64,000 bases of DNA from Spirochaetia bacterium (GCA_965199955.1 CBDATQ010000001.1:1760001-1824000); one strand, 5' to 3'; shown: positions 20,557-30,323, counted from the first letter of the stretch. A program made the numbers and translations. The notes: generated from the letters alone by a model not told the origin.

Positions 20557-21465
20557 ATGGACCGGGCACGCTTCGAGCATCACTTCACCGGACCGCTCGC
20601 CTCGATCAACACGCCGTTCCGATCGGACGGCGCCATCGACTACGACGGCCTGCGCCGGTTCGTCGACGCCGCCATCGCCGGAGGCGCGCGCACGGTCCTG
20701 TTCACGCCGGGCGACAGCCTCTACGCGGTGCTGTCGGAGCAGGAGATCGCCGATCTGACCAGGGTCACGCGCGAGCACATCGGCAGCCGGGCGATGTTCC
20801 TGGCTGCGGCGGCGCCCTGGTGGCAGGACCAGGCCGTGGCATTCGCCCGCTACGCGGCCGAGGTCGGCGCCGACGGCGTGCTGGCCTCGCCGCCGTACCG
20901 GGGCGTGAACGTGCGCGACTGCGCCGACTACTTCCTGGCCGTCTCGCGCGAGCTGCCGACGGTGATCCTGAGCGCCACGCTGGCGCCGCTCGGTCTCGGC
21001 GGGGCGCTGCAGGCCGTGCGGATGCTCGTGGCCGAAGGCGACCGCATCGTCGGCTTCAAGGAGGACTACGGCCCGGAGTTCGCGCGGCCGGCCTGCCTGC
21101 TGTCGCAGGGCACCTGGAGCAACTTCGCCGGCGGCCAGAAGCAGACCCACCTGGACATGCATCCCTACGGCTGCGCCGGCTACATGTCGGTGCTGGTGGT
21201 CTTCAAGCCGGAGATCAGCCGCGCCTACTGGAACGCGATCGACGGCGGCGACATCCCGGCGGCGGCCGGGATCATCCGCGACTACGACATGCCGATGTTC
21301 GACCTGCTGGAAGCGGCCTCGCCGGCCGGCAGCGACGCCGCCCAGCACGCCATGATGGAGCTGGCCGGCATCTCCGGGCGCTGGCGCCGGCCACCGCTGT
21401 CCGACTACACCGATGCCGAGCTGGAGCGGCTGCGCGCCAGGCTGCGGGAGCTGTCGCTGCTGTGA
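20557..21465 (+). CDS. Divergent DHDPS/NAL-family aldolase
   Basis: INTPF..DGAIDYDGLRRFVD, GADGV, VGFKED; the GxxGE motif is replaced by TPGDSLY. Confidence 0.8.
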   Translation: MDRARFEHHFTGPLASINTPFRSDGAIDYDGLRRFVDAAIAGGARTVLFTPGDSLYAVLSEQEIADLTRVTREHIGSRAMFLAAAAPWWQDQAVAFARYAAEVGADGVLASPPYRGVNVRDCADYFLAVSRELPTVILSATLAPLGLGGALQAVRMLVAEGDRIVGFKEDYGPEFARPACLLSQGTWSNFAGGQKQTHLDMHPYGCAGYMSVLVVFKPEISRAYWNAIDGGDIPAAAGIIRDYDMPMFDLLEAASPAGSDAAQHAMMELAGISGRWRRPPLSDYTDAELERLRARLRELSLL

Positions 21466-21487
21466 GGCGGAGGAGGACGGACGACTG

Positions 21488-22597
21488 ATGCGCATACTGG
21501 ACACCGGGCTGGTCTATGCCAATCCCAAGCCGCACCTGCACACCAGGCACGCCTTTCACCCGACGCTGGTCGATCTGGGCGGGGGTGAGTTGCTGTGCGG
21601 CTATGACGTGGGGGCGGCGGTGGAGGGACTGGACTACCGGACCTACCTCGCCCGCTCACGGGACGGGGGCGCCACCTGGGAGCAGGAGGGGCCGCTGCTG
21701 GCCGACCGCTGGGTGGACGGCTTCACCCACTCGGTCAGGCTCAGCGCCGCCGGCGGCGGCCTGGTCGGCCTGGGCGCGCTGCACCGGCGCGACGATCCGT
21801 CCGAGGGGATCGTCAACCACGCCACGCTGGGCATGGTGCCGATGGACCTGATCCTGGTGCGCTCGGATGATCGTGGGGCGAGCTGGAGCGAGCCTGAGGT
21901 CATCGCCGCCCCGCTGACGGGTCCCGCGTTCGAGATCTGCCACGCGCTGGTGGAGCTGCCCGACGGCCGCTGGATGGCGCCCACCGCCACCTGGGCCGGA
22001 TGGGACGGGGAGCGTCCGGAGGGCGCCAAGACCGTCGTGCTGGAAAGCGACGACGGCGGGCGCACGTGGCCGCGGTACGCGGTGATGTTCGACGGGACCG
22101 CCGAGGGCGTCGAGCACTGGGAAGTGTCGGTGGTGCCGCTCGGCGGCGACCGGGTCCTGGCGGTGAGCTGGGTGTGCCACACGGAGTCCGGCTCCCACCG
22201 GCCGAACCGGTACGCGTTGAGCGGCGACGGCGGGCGCAGCTTCGGGCCGCCGGCCGAGCTGGGCCTGCGCGGACAAACCTGCAAGGCGCTCGCGCTGCGC
22301 GACGGCCGGGTGCTGTTCGTCTACCGCCGCATCGACCCCCCGGGGCTGTGGGCGGTGCCGGGCACTCTGGACGGCGGCGGCTGGCGGTACGGGGAGCATC
22401 TCCTGCTCTGGAACGGCAGCCTGGCCGATTCGGGGATGACCGGTGCCGGCGGCGCCTCGGACGAGCTGGCCGCGCTGAAGTTTGGCTTCCCGCAGATGAT
22501 CGAGCGTGACGGCGGCGAGGTGCTGGTCGTGTTCTGGTGCTTCGAGGACTGGTCGACCCGAATCCGCTGGATCAGGCTGGACGTGTCAGCAGGCTGA
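21488..22597 (+). CDS. Asp-box (BNR) sialidase-like protein
   Basis: SRDGGATW, SDDRGASW, SDDGGRTW boxes; RBS GGAGG; no signal peptide. Confidence 0.75.
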   Translation: MRILDTGLVYANPKPHLHTRHAFHPTLVDLGGGELLCGYDVGAAVEGLDYRTYLARSRDGGATWEQEGPLLADRWVDGFTHSVRLSAAGGGLVGLGALHRRDDPSEGIVNHATLGMVPMDLILVRSDDRGASWSEPEVIAAPLTGPAFEICHALVELPDGRWMAPTATWAGWDGERPEGAKTVVLESDDGGRTWPRYAVMFDGTAEGVEHWEVSVVPLGGDRVLAVSWVCHTESGSHRPNRYALSGDGGRSFGPPAELGLRGQTCKALALRDGRVLFVYRRIDPPGLWAVPGTLDGGGWRYGEHLLLWNGSLADSGMTGAGGASDELAALKFGFPQMIERDGGEVLVVFWCFEDWSTRIRWIRLDVSAG

Positions 22598-22601
22598 CAT
22601 G

Positions 22602-23195
22602 TCAGCCTGAGTCTTCCATGGCGCCGCCGTCGGTGAGGGTGTGCCAGAACACGACGTCGGCCTGGTGCACGATGCTCACGTGCAGGGAGCGCTGCACCAG
22701 CTCGCCCTCGCCCGAGTGGCAGCCGGCGGCGTGGCACACCTCCTCCGGGAGCCCGACGGTCAGGCAGACGTGGACGCCGTACAGGGTGTGGCGGAGCGCC
22801 GGCCGGCCGGTGGCGACGGTGTCGGCGCGCCAGCGCCGCTGGTTGTCGGGGTCGAACTCGAACGGCTTGCCGACGTCGTGGCAGAGCGCGCAGGCGGCCA
22901 GCAGGTCTCGGTCGATCGGCAGCTCCGGGAAGCGGCCCTTCATCTCGTCGCCCATCGCCAGTGCGAGGCGGGTGACCCCGCGGATATGATCGAGCTGGGT
23001 GCCCCGTTTCATGCGCGGCGAGTCGGGGACGCCGGAGCCGCGGATCTCGTCGATGGCGTTGAACGAGCTGTGCGCCAGCGAGTACGCCCAGGCGCGCGCC
23101 ACCTTGTCGCGCAGGCCTGCGTCCGAGATCTCGGCGAGCTCCGGCAGGCTCTCGGTCACGGTCGCCAGGAGTGCGGCGTCGTCCGCGGCACTCAT
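22602..23195 (-). CDS. HD-domain metal-dependent phosphohydrolase
   Basis: DHIRGV, ALCHDVGK, RHTLYG, CHS, HQAD. Confidence 0.8.
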   Translation of the reverse strand: MSAADDAALLATVTESLPELAEISDAGLRDKVARAWAYSLAHSSFNAIDEIRGSGVPDSPRMKRGTQLDHIRGVTRLALAMGDEMKGRFPELPIDRDLLAACALCHDVGKPFEFDPDNQRRWRADTVATGRPALRHTLYGVHVCLTVGLPEEVCHAAGCHSGEGELVQRSLHVSIVHQADVVFWHTLTDGGAMEDSG

Positions 23196-24088
23196 CGGGC
23201 CTCCGCCTCCTCACGCTCCCGTTGCTGCCGTTCTTCCCGTTCCTTGACCGCGCCGATGCCCCGGTACTCGAAGCGCGGCTTGGCGCCGGTGACCTCGATG
23301 ATCTGGTAGTTGCGCGGCGATTCCTCCCACGCGGACTGGCACTCGAAGCCCCAGAGCCGGCGCAGGGTGGGCGAGGCCGCTTCGACGATGTCGTGCGGGA
23401 TCGAGCGGGTGTGGTCGCAGAACGGCTTCATGCGCGCGCGGCAGTGGAAGTTCAGCACCGCGTAGCGGATCTGGTCCGTGTCGTTGGGCGCGCCGCCGTG
23501 CATGAGACGTCCGTCGTACACCAGGCAGGCCCCCGGCTTGCAGATGAACTGGCGCTCGTCCTCGGGCGGGATCTTCGCGGAGTCGAGGTCCCTGACGTGC
23601 GATCCGGGCACGAAGCGGGTGGCGCCGCTCTCTGCCGTGAACTCGGACAGCGCGAACAGGGACTGCGCGAACGTGGGCACCACCGCGTGCACCTTGTAGG
23701 GCGGGTTGGGCATGAAGTCGTCGCCGTCGCGGTGCAGCCCCTGCGCCTTCATGCCGGGCATCGGCGACCGCGCCCCGGAGTCGCACAGGATGTAGTCGTC
23801 GCCCAGCAGGTAGGCCAGGCAGGCCATCACGCGCGGCACCTGCAGCATCTCCCGGAACACCTCGGCGCGTGCGGTCAGGTTGTGGGTGCGCAGCGTGCCG
23901 GGCTCGTGCTCGGTGGCACTCATTTCCTGGTAGGTGAAGGCGATCTCCCGGATCGCCGCGTCGACCTGGCGCTGGGTGAGGGTGTCTTCGAGGATGGTGT
24001 AGCCGTGCTCGTCCAGCTCCTCGAAGTGCTTGAGCATCGCGGGGTCGGTCTTCAGTTCCTGCACCTCGGTCTCGATGTCCGTCGCCAT
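23192..24088 (-). CDS. Phytanoyl-CoA dioxygenase (PhyH) family Fe(II)/2OG oxygenase
   Basis: LHRDG (HxD), GATRFVPGSH, LMHGGAPN..R. Confidence 0.88.
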   Translation of the reverse strand: MATDIETEVQELKTDPAMLKHFEELDEHGYTILEDTLTQRQVDAAIREIAFTYQEMSATEHEPGTLRTHNLTARAEVFREMLQVPRVMACLAYLLGDDYILCDSGARSPMPGMKAQGLHRDGDDFMPNPPYKVHAVVPTFAQSLFALSEFTAESGATRFVPGSHVRDLDSAKIPPEDERQFICKPGACLVYDGRLMHGGAPNDTDQIRYAVLNFHCRARMKPFCDHTRSIPHDIVEAASPTLRRLWGFECQSAWEESPRNYQIIEVTGAKPRFEYRGIGAVKEREERQQREREEAEAR

Positions 24089-24156
24089 GGGTCGCAACGT
24101 ACCACGCGGGGCGCAGGACTTGCGACGGATTCGCACCCGGAAGTACCGTGCACGGC

Positions 24157-24573
24157 ATGGCACAGCTTCGGCACCTCGCGCTGCGCTGCGGCGACATGGA
24201 GCGCTCGCGGAACTTCTACCAGACCGTGTTCGGCTGGCGGTTCATCGGATACCGGCCCAGCAGGCAGGCGCTGGATCTCAGCGACGGGACGCTCAACGTC
24301 ACGCTGATCGACCAGGACCCGACCGACCGCCGCCAGTACGAGGAGGGCGAGGAGTTCATCCACTTCGGCATCGTCGTCGACGACCTGGACGCGGTCTGGC
24401 AGCGGCTGCACGAGCTGGGGGTGTCGTTCTCGAAAGAGAGCGTCAAGGAGCGCAAGCCGATCGATCCCAGCCAGCCGCCGCCAGTCTCCTTCAAGGTCCT
24501 CGATCCCGACGGCAACGTGGTCGACATCACCTCCAACCGCAGCGAGTGGGTCGGAGTGCGGCTGGACAACTGA
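24157..24573 (+). CDS. VOC/glyoxalase family protein
   Basis: LRHLALRC.D.ERS..FY..VFG, HFGIVVDDLD, DPDGNVVDI. Confidence 0.88.
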   Translation: MAQLRHLALRCGDMERSRNFYQTVFGWRFIGYRPSRQALDLSDGTLNVTLIDQDPTDRRQYEEGEEFIHFGIVVDDLDAVWQRLHELGVSFSKESVKERKPIDPSQPPPVSFKVLDPDGNVVDITSNRSEWVGVRLDN

Positions 24574-24633
24574 GGATCAGAAACGGCCAGGACCCTATCC
24601 CGGAAATCATCGTTCTTGGTAAATAGCAGCTAA

Positions 24634-24669
24634 CGTAATACACGAAACTTGCAAGTTTCGTGTATTACG
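24634..24669. repeat. Perfect 36-bp palindrome with no loop
   Basis: CGTAATACACGAAACTTG|CAAGTTTCGTGTATTACG, AT-rich, between two convergent genes. Confidence 0.95.
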
Positions 24670-24683
24670 GATGAGGGACGTGA

Positions 24684-25943
24684 TCAATCGTGCGGTCTTG
24701 ATCGAATCGTGCCGTCCCGGTCGACGGGGATCGGCTCGGCCGCCGGGGTGGCCCCGGGCTCGGGCATCGGCAGCGGCTCCAGCGAGGCGCCGCCTGGTTC
24801 CGAGCCCGTTGGCCGGCGGACCGTGCCGGTCATTGGCGCGTAGGTGCTTCCCAGGTGAGGGGTCTCGATGCGCGGTCCGCCGCGGTGGTGAGAGATCATC
24901 GCCGCCTCAAGCACGCCCGTGGTGAGCAGCGTCCGCTCCACCGGGCTCTGCGGGCGGCCGGACAGCAGGAAGTCCTCGACGGCCAGGCCGAAGTAGCTGA
25001 AGTGGGCATGGTTGGGGCCTTCGTCACCGTGGAACTCGCACGCGTCGACGCGTCCCGCGCGCCGGCCGGCGTAGGCGAACGTGCGGACGTAGCCGTCGTC
25101 GCCGAGCATCAGCACCGTACCGCGCAGTCCGTCGGCATACTCGATCAGGAACACGTGCGGATCGCTCACGCGTTCCGGTTCCAGGCGGTCGGGTCCGGGG
25201 TTCGTCGCGGCCAGCGCGGCGTCGGCCAGGTCGGTTGGCCAGCGGCCCTCGTTTGCCGCCCGCCACACGGAATCGCCTGACAGGCAGGTCACGGCCACGA
25301 CCCCGGTCTCCCCGCCCGCGCGGCGCTCCACCTGGCACTGCAGGGACTCCAGGGCGTGGAATCCGTAGCGCTCCAGCATGTGGAACCCGGTGGCGAGCGC
25401 CTCGTCGAGCGCATCGCCCAGCGGGTGCTCGAAGTTGGGCCGCCGCCAGTGGACGGGCAGCGAGGAGCCGGCCCAGAGTGGCACGCGCAGATCGCGCGCG
25501 GTGTCGTACATCCAGCGCGCGTCGGCCCATCGGTAGGACAGGTGCTTGTCGCAGAACACCGGTACGGGCCGGCCGTGCTCGGCGACCACGCCGCAGACCT
25601 GCTCGAACAGCCAGCGGCGGGGCAGCATCTCCTGCCCCAGGGCGGTGCGCGGATAGTCGCCGTGCTCGCCGATCAGAAGCACCCCGTCCACGGCCAGCTC
25701 GCCGGTGCCCAGAGTCAGAGCGCCGGGAATGCTCTGGTACACCGGCACGCCGTATTGGCTGGCGAGTTGCAGCCCCACGTCGTTCCGGTGGATCTGATCG
25801 ATGTACATCGAGACGACGCGGGTGCGCGGCGGGATCAGCCCCTCGTTGGTGGGAAAGCCGCTGAGGAACTTGGCCGCCAGGACACCGGCGTGGCTGTTCG
25901 GGAAGAACGTGGTGACGATCGCGGCGATGCGAGCCGATGCCAT
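24684..25943 (-). CDS. Conserved hypothetical protein, possibly Gfo/Idh/MocA-like oxidoreductase
   Basis: Long ORF with host-like codon usage; AVDGVLLIGEHGDYP, DKHLS, AGSSLP, YGFHALE, PVERTLLTTG. Confidence 0.55.
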   Translation of the reverse strand: MASARIAAIVTTFFPNSHAGVLAAKFLSGFPTNEGLIPPRTRVVSMYIDQIHRNDVGLQLASQYGVPVYQSIPGALTLGTGELAVDGVLLIGEHGDYPRTALGQEMLPRRWLFEQVCGVVAEHGRPVPVFCDKHLSYRWADARWMYDTARDLRVPLWAGSSLPVHWRRPNFEHPLGDALDEALATGFHMLERYGFHALESLQCQVERRAGGETGVVAVTCLSGDSVWRAANEGRWPTDLADAALAATNPGPDRLEPERVSDPHVFLIEYADGLRGTVLMLGDDGYVRTFAYAGRRAGRVDACEFHGDEGPNHAHFSYFGLAVEDFLLSGRPQSPVERTLLTTGVLEAAMISHHRGGPRIETPHLGSTYAPMTGTVRRPTGSEPGGASLEPLPMPEPGATPAAEPIPVDRDGTIRSRPHD

Positions 25944-25968
25944 GGCGGACACGGTACCGTGCATCGTT

Positions 25969-26562
25969 TCAGTCTCCCGGTGGCTTGCGGGCCAGCGTTC
26001 GGTACAGCTCGTCGGTCACCGCATGGGCGCCGTCGGTGATCAGCCCGGCGTCGCGCATGATGCCGGCCAGCGCGCGGTAGGAGATCCCCGTGTCCCCGCG
26101 CTTCGGACTCCACTGCATGATGACGACGCGTCCCTCCGCCCTCAGTAGGCGCCGAAGGTCGCGGGCGACCGCAACCCGGTCCTGGCGCTTCGCGTGGTAG
26201 TGCATGATCTGCACACAGAGGATGAAGTCCGCCACGCCGTCGGGCAGCGCCGCCCGCATACCGTCCGACGGGACGGCACGGACGTTGGCGAGGCCGGCCT
26301 CCGCCGCCCGCCTGCGCGCCAGCTCGACCATGCGCGGCTCCAGATCGACCGCCTAGACCGTTCCGCTCGGTCCCACCAGCCGGGCGGCTGCCAACGCGAA
26401 CAGCCCCGGCCCGCAGCCGTAGTCCACCACGGCGCAGCCCGCGGTCACGCCGAGGTTGCCGAGCATCTGCCCCGGATCGGCATCGCCAAACCGCTTGTCG
26501 CCGTCCAGCAGGTTCGCGATCCACTCGTCGGTATAGCGCTCCCGTGCAGGCTGTCCCGTCAC
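25969..26562 (-). pseudogene. Class I SAM-dependent methyltransferase with an in-frame TAG at 26353-26355
   Basis: VVDYGCGPG motif I, then VGPSGTV*AVDLEPRMV, continuing in frame to DFILC..RLLRAEGRV. Confidence 0.8.
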
Positions 26563-26676
26563 GGGGTGGACACGTGCTTCATGAACGCTGGAGACAGCAT
26601 GCAGGCTGGCGCCGGTCGCGTCCATGGGTGTCGCGCTCGGGTTGACGCGGCCGGGCCGCGGGTCCTCAATAGCGGA

Positions 26677-27087
26677 GTGGGTATGTTCCAGGTCCGTGTG
26701 ACGTTCTCCAACGTGGACGTGCCTGCCATGAGCTTCACGGAACGCTTCTGGGTCGATACGGGGGCACTCTACACGTTCATACCGGAGGACCGGCTGCACG
26801 CGATCGGCGTCGAGCCCTTGCGGAGCCGAGAGTTGCTCCTGGCCGACGGCCGTCGTGACCGCCGCCTCATGGGCGAGGCGAAGCTGGCGATCGAGGGTCT
26901 CGAAGATGCCCTGACCTGCCAGGTCATCTTCGCTCCGGCGGGTTCGCTGTGCCTGCTGGGGGCGACGGCGCTCGAGGCGTTCGGCGTGGACGTCGATCCG
27001 GTCTCCAGGAAGCTGAAACCCATCCTCGCGATCATCGGCGGCTTCCTCGGCAGCAGGCCGGCCGAGACGGACGAACCAGTCGCCTGA
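26677..27087 (+). CDS. Retropepsin-like (clan AA) aspartyl protease
   Basis: VDTGALYT, LADGR and LLGATALE motifs. Confidence 0.8.
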   Translation: MGMFQVRVTFSNVDVPAMSFTERFWVDTGALYTFIPEDRLHAIGVEPLRSRELLLADGRRDRRLMGEAKLAIEGLEDALTCQVIFAPAGSLCLLGATALEAFGVDVDPVSRKLKPILAIIGGFLGSRPAETDEPVA

Positions 27088-27101
27088 CAGACTTCACCCG
27101 C

Positions 27102-27635
27102 ATGCCGCCGGACTTCAAGGCAGCCGGCCCGCATCGGCTGCGGGACGGGACGACGGTCACGTTGCGCAGGGCGCGGGCGGCCGACACCGACCGGTTCGTC
27201 GAGTACTTCGACGGGTTGTCCGAGCGTAGCCGCTACTTCTTCCGTCCGTTCGCGTTCGATCGGGCGAGCGCCGAGTCGGTCACGGGCAACCTCGACTCGC
27301 CGGAGTGGTACCGCATCGTCGCCACCGTCGAGAACAGGGGACGCGAAGCGATCGTCGGCTACGCGTGGCTGCAGGGCCTCGGCGGTCCCGATGTGCCCAT
27401 GCTCGGGATCGGACTCGTCGACGCCTGGCACGAGCGCGGCATCGGCCGGCTGCTGCTCCGCGCCCTGCTCGACGTGGGCCGCGGAATGGGTTTGCAGGCG
27501 ATCCGGCTGGGCGTCAACGACGACAATCCACGCGCCATTCACGTCTACGAGTCGGTCGGCTTCCGGCACGATCCGACCAAGCCGCCGCAGGACCGCGGCA
27601 CGCACCAGCAGCTCTACATGACCTGCGAGCTGTGA
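27102..27635 (+). CDS. GNAT family N-acetyltransferase
   Basis: WHERGIGRLLL acetyl-CoA motif; NPRAIHVYESVGF. Confidence 0.88.
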   Translation: MPPDFKAAGPHRLRDGTTVTLRRARAADTDRFVEYFDGLSERSRYFFRPFAFDRASAESVTGNLDSPEWYRIVATVENRGREAIVGYAWLQGLGGPDVPMLGIGLVDAWHERGIGRLLLRALLDVGRGMGLQAIRLGVNDDNPRAIHVYESVGFRHDPTKPPQDRGTHQQLYMTCEL

Positions 27636-27666
27636 GCGGCTACCGCGCCGTCGCCGGGCAGCGAGC

Positions 27667-27703
27667 TTGACATAATTATAAAACCGGTTATATGGTTTTT
27701 ATA
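27667..27703 (+). promoter_or_regulatory. Sigma70-type promoter overlapped by an inverted repeat (probable ArsR operator)
   Basis: TTGACA at 27667-27672 and TATGGT at 27691-27696; imperfect inverted repeat TATAAAACC...GGTTTTTATA at 27677-27703. Confidence 0.75.
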
Positions 27704-28515
27704 TGCAGAATCGCTCGATGGACGAGCATCAAGCCGCGAACCGACTTGGCGCACTGGGGAATCTGACTCGGCTGCGTCTCTATCGACTCCTCGTGCGGGC
27801 CGGAGCGCAGGGGCTGAACATTGGCGATCTGCAAAGACTGCTCGATGTGGCGCCGTCCACGCTGGCTCATCACCTGGCGTCTCTGGTTCGCGCAGGACTC
27901 GTCCGGCAGGAACAACGGGGACGCGAGGTGTTCTCGCGTACGGACTATGCCGTCATGGACGGGTTGGTTGACTTCATCAGGAAGGAGTGCTGCACCGGCT
28001 TCGCAAACAGCGATACGAAGTCGGACCGGGACCGGCACCCGAAGGAGAACGGAATGTCTCGATTACAGCTTGCCATCAACGTGACCGATCTCGATGAGGC
28101 AATCGAGTTTTACTCACGGATGTTCGACGCGCGGCCCGCCAGGGTGAAGCCGGGCTATGCGAACTTCGCGATCGCGGAGCCGCCCTTGAAGCTGGTGCTC
28201 TTCGAAGGGCCTGAGGGCGCTACGATCAATCACCTTGGCGTCGAAGTGGAAACGGCCCAGGAGGTGACGTCCGCCGAACGGCGGCTCAACGCCGCCGGTC
28301 TGGAGACCACCGGCGTCGATGAGACCGTCTGCTGTTACGCAGAGAAGGCGGAGACCTGGGTCGTCGACCCCGATGGCGCGCGCTGGGAGTGGTACGTGAA
28401 ATCGGGCGACGCCGAGCAGATGCACAACACCGTAGTACGCAGCCATCCGCGCGGCGCGGAGACCGGTCCGGACGTCGGGCCATGTTGTCCCGATTCCGAG
28501 GCATGCTGTTCGTGA
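27703..28515 (+). CDS. ArsR/SmtB repressor fused in frame to an ArsI/CadI-family VOC metalloenzyme
   Basis: ALGNLTRLRLYRLLV..PSTLAHHL..ECC (ArsR) followed by MSRLQLAINV..PGYANF..CCYA..TWVVDPDGARWEWY (ArsI/CadI); AAGGAG at 28042-28047 precedes the internal ATG at 28054. Confidence 0.85.
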   Translation: MQNRSMDEHQAANRLGALGNLTRLRLYRLLVRAGAQGLNIGDLQRLLDVAPSTLAHHLASLVRAGLVRQEQRGREVFSRTDYAVMDGLVDFIRKECCTGFANSDTKSDRDRHPKENGMSRLQLAINVTDLDEAIEFYSRMFDARPARVKPGYANFAIAEPPLKLVLFEGPEGATINHLGVEVETAQEVTSAERRLNAAGLETTGVDETVCCYAEKAETWVVDPDGARWEWYVKSGDAEQMHNTVVRSHPRGAETGPDVGPCCPDSEACCS

Positions 28516-28754
28516 CGGGTGCGCTCGGAGCGTCAGGCGTCAACTCGGCGCGCGGACGACTGTGCGGTACAGCTCCCCGTTTGTGGCCACCTGCTGTTCC
28601 GCTTCAACCAGAACGTGATCGCCTCCATCGAGGCCGGCCGCGCATTCGTCGAGGGAACAACCCCGGTGCGTGAATCACATCGGCTCCTGTCGTTGCCAGA
28701 AGGATAGTTCACCTTCCGCCCCTGCTTTTTCATGCGTTCAATGATTCGGCTTGG

Positions 28755-30323
28755 TCAACGCAGCTCGAAGGAGAACAGGGTGGCGCAGCGCAGCCGGAAG
28801 CGGATTGTCAGGGGCTGATCCGTATCACGCGCGATCTCGGCGCGGCCGTTCCAGCGGATTGTGTGATCGAGCGAGTCGCCCAGCACCGGGTCGGCGTCGG
28901 CGAAGCTGTGGCCGGGCAGGGGCTGGCGGTCTCGGCCGGCCAGCTCGACCAGCACGTGGCCGGCGGCCCGAACGCGGGCGTTGAGCCGCAGGGTCGAGCC
29001 CGCGGTGATGAGCGGCAGCGTGGCGAAGGCGCCCTCGTCGTCCGCCTGGATGCCGCCCAGCCGCTCGCGTGGCCAGATCGCCAGCGCCTCCGTGCGCCGG
29101 AACGAGTGGCGGTTGCGCGGGTACTTGTGCGGCTGCGGATAGCCGCCGTAGGGGAGGGCGACCTGGTCGGAGCCCAGCGGGATCAGGTCGGTGCCGCCGA
29201 ACACGCAGCCGGCGTCCCACGGCTCCGGGCCGGCGTCGAGCACGGAGCCGCCCGGCACCTCGTTCCAGACGATGCCGTCGGGGCTCGCGTACAGCAGCAG
29301 CTCCGACGTGTCGTCGTGATGGTGGTAGAGCGCCGGGAACATCAGGTGCTGGTCGACCGTGCCCGGATAGATGGTCTTCGAGTTGGTGTACCAGTCGTCG
29401 GAGGGGCGCCTCTCGCTGGTCGGCCAGACCAGCATCTCCGGCCCCGGCCAGCGGCGGAAGTCGTCGGTCTCCGCGCGGCCGATGCAGCGCCGGCCGTAGA
29501 ACCAGTTGCAGCGCGCGTACCAGACGTAGCGCTGCAGCCGCCGGTCGTAGTACACGACGTTGGTGGTGTCGCTGTAGTGGATGACCAGCGGTCCCGGCAG
29601 CGCCGTCCAGGCGATCCCGTCCGGGGAGACGGCGCCCCACATGCCGGACAGGTGGCTCAGATCGTTTCCCAACGGATAGAAGGCCTCGGGACGCTCGCGG
29701 AGGAAGCGCTCGGCCACGGCCCGCCGCTCCAGCTCGGTGCCGGGTATCCCGCCGCGGAAGAACATCTTGAACCGCTCGTCGTCCGGCGCCGACGGGTCCA
29801 GGAAGATCTCGGTGCGCTCCAGGCCGGCGACGCCCGGCGCGGCACTGAAGTCGAACGTGCATTCGGTGTCGCCGTGCCACTCGTAACCGTCCGCGGACTC
29901 GGCGTAGTGAATGGGCCGCGACGCCTCGTTCTCGCCCGTGGAGTACCAGGTGCGATACCGCCCGCCGTCATCGATGATCCGCGCGCCCGGCGCCGCTCCG
30001 TACGGCAGCGGGTCGCTCTTGCGGCCCGGCTCGCGCACGATGCGGATGCCGTGCGGCGTGTCGCGCGGCACGAAGCGCGCAGCGAAGGGTTTGTCGGCGC
30101 GGTCCGGATCCTTCCAGAGCCGGAGCTTCATGGGCGTGCCGTCCGGCTCGGCCCAGTACGGCCCGACCAACCCAACCTCGCCCGGCAGCACGTACCTCCA
30201 GTCCAGGAACAGGTGCGGCCCCGGAGCAAGCTGCAGCTCGCCTCCCTCCATCCACGGCGTCCCGGCCCGCCGCGCCACTGCCTTGGCTCTGGTTCCGAGC
30301 GCCATCGGGTCGTCGTCCATCAT
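28755..30323 (-). CDS. Hypothetical glycoside-hydrolase-like beta-propeller protein
   Basis: YAESADGYEW, VSPDGIAW, SDTTNVVYYD, ASPDGIVW repeats; C-terminal beta-rich domain. Confidence 0.55.
   Translation of the reverse strand: MMDDDPMALGTRAKAVARRAGTPWMEGGELQLAPGPHLFLDWRYVLPGEVGLVGPYWAEPDGTPMKLRLWKDPDRADKPFAARFVPRDTPHGIRIVREPGRKSDPLPYGAAPGARIIDDGGRYRTWYSTGENEASRPIHYAESADGYEWHGDTECTFDFSAAPGVAGLERTEIFLDPSAPDDERFKMFFRGGIPGTELERRAVAERFLRERPEAFYPLGNDLSHLSGMWGAVSPDGIAWTALPGPLVIHYSDTTNVVYYDRRLQRYVWYARCNWFYGRRCIGRAETDDFRRWPGPEMLVWPTSERRPSDDWYTNSKTIYPGTVDQHLMFPALYHHHDDTSELLLYASPDGIVWNEVPGGSVLDAGPEPWDAGCVFGGTDLIPLGSDQVALPYGGYPQPHKYPRNRHSFRRTEALAIWPRERLGGIQADDEGAFATLPLITAGSTLRLNARVRAAGHVLVELAGRDRQPLPGHSFADADPVLGDSLDHTIRWNGRAEIARDTDQPLTIRFRLRCATLFSFELR

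Noticed and set aside
4386..26355. Amber recoding (pyrrolysine or stop reassignment) suggested by two in-frame TAGs
   Set aside because: TAG ends many intact genes here (872, 18753, 32548, 33501, 57784), the two sites imply different residues, and no pyl genes are visible
25969..27635. Methyltransferase and GNAT as arsM and arsN of an extended ars operon
   Set aside because: The methyltransferase is short, divergent and lacks a clear ArsM Cys pattern; both genes lie upstream of the arsR promoter
28519..28707. Small ORF after arsI as a third ars gene
   Set aside because: No RBS or recognisable motif; possibly a remnant but unsupported
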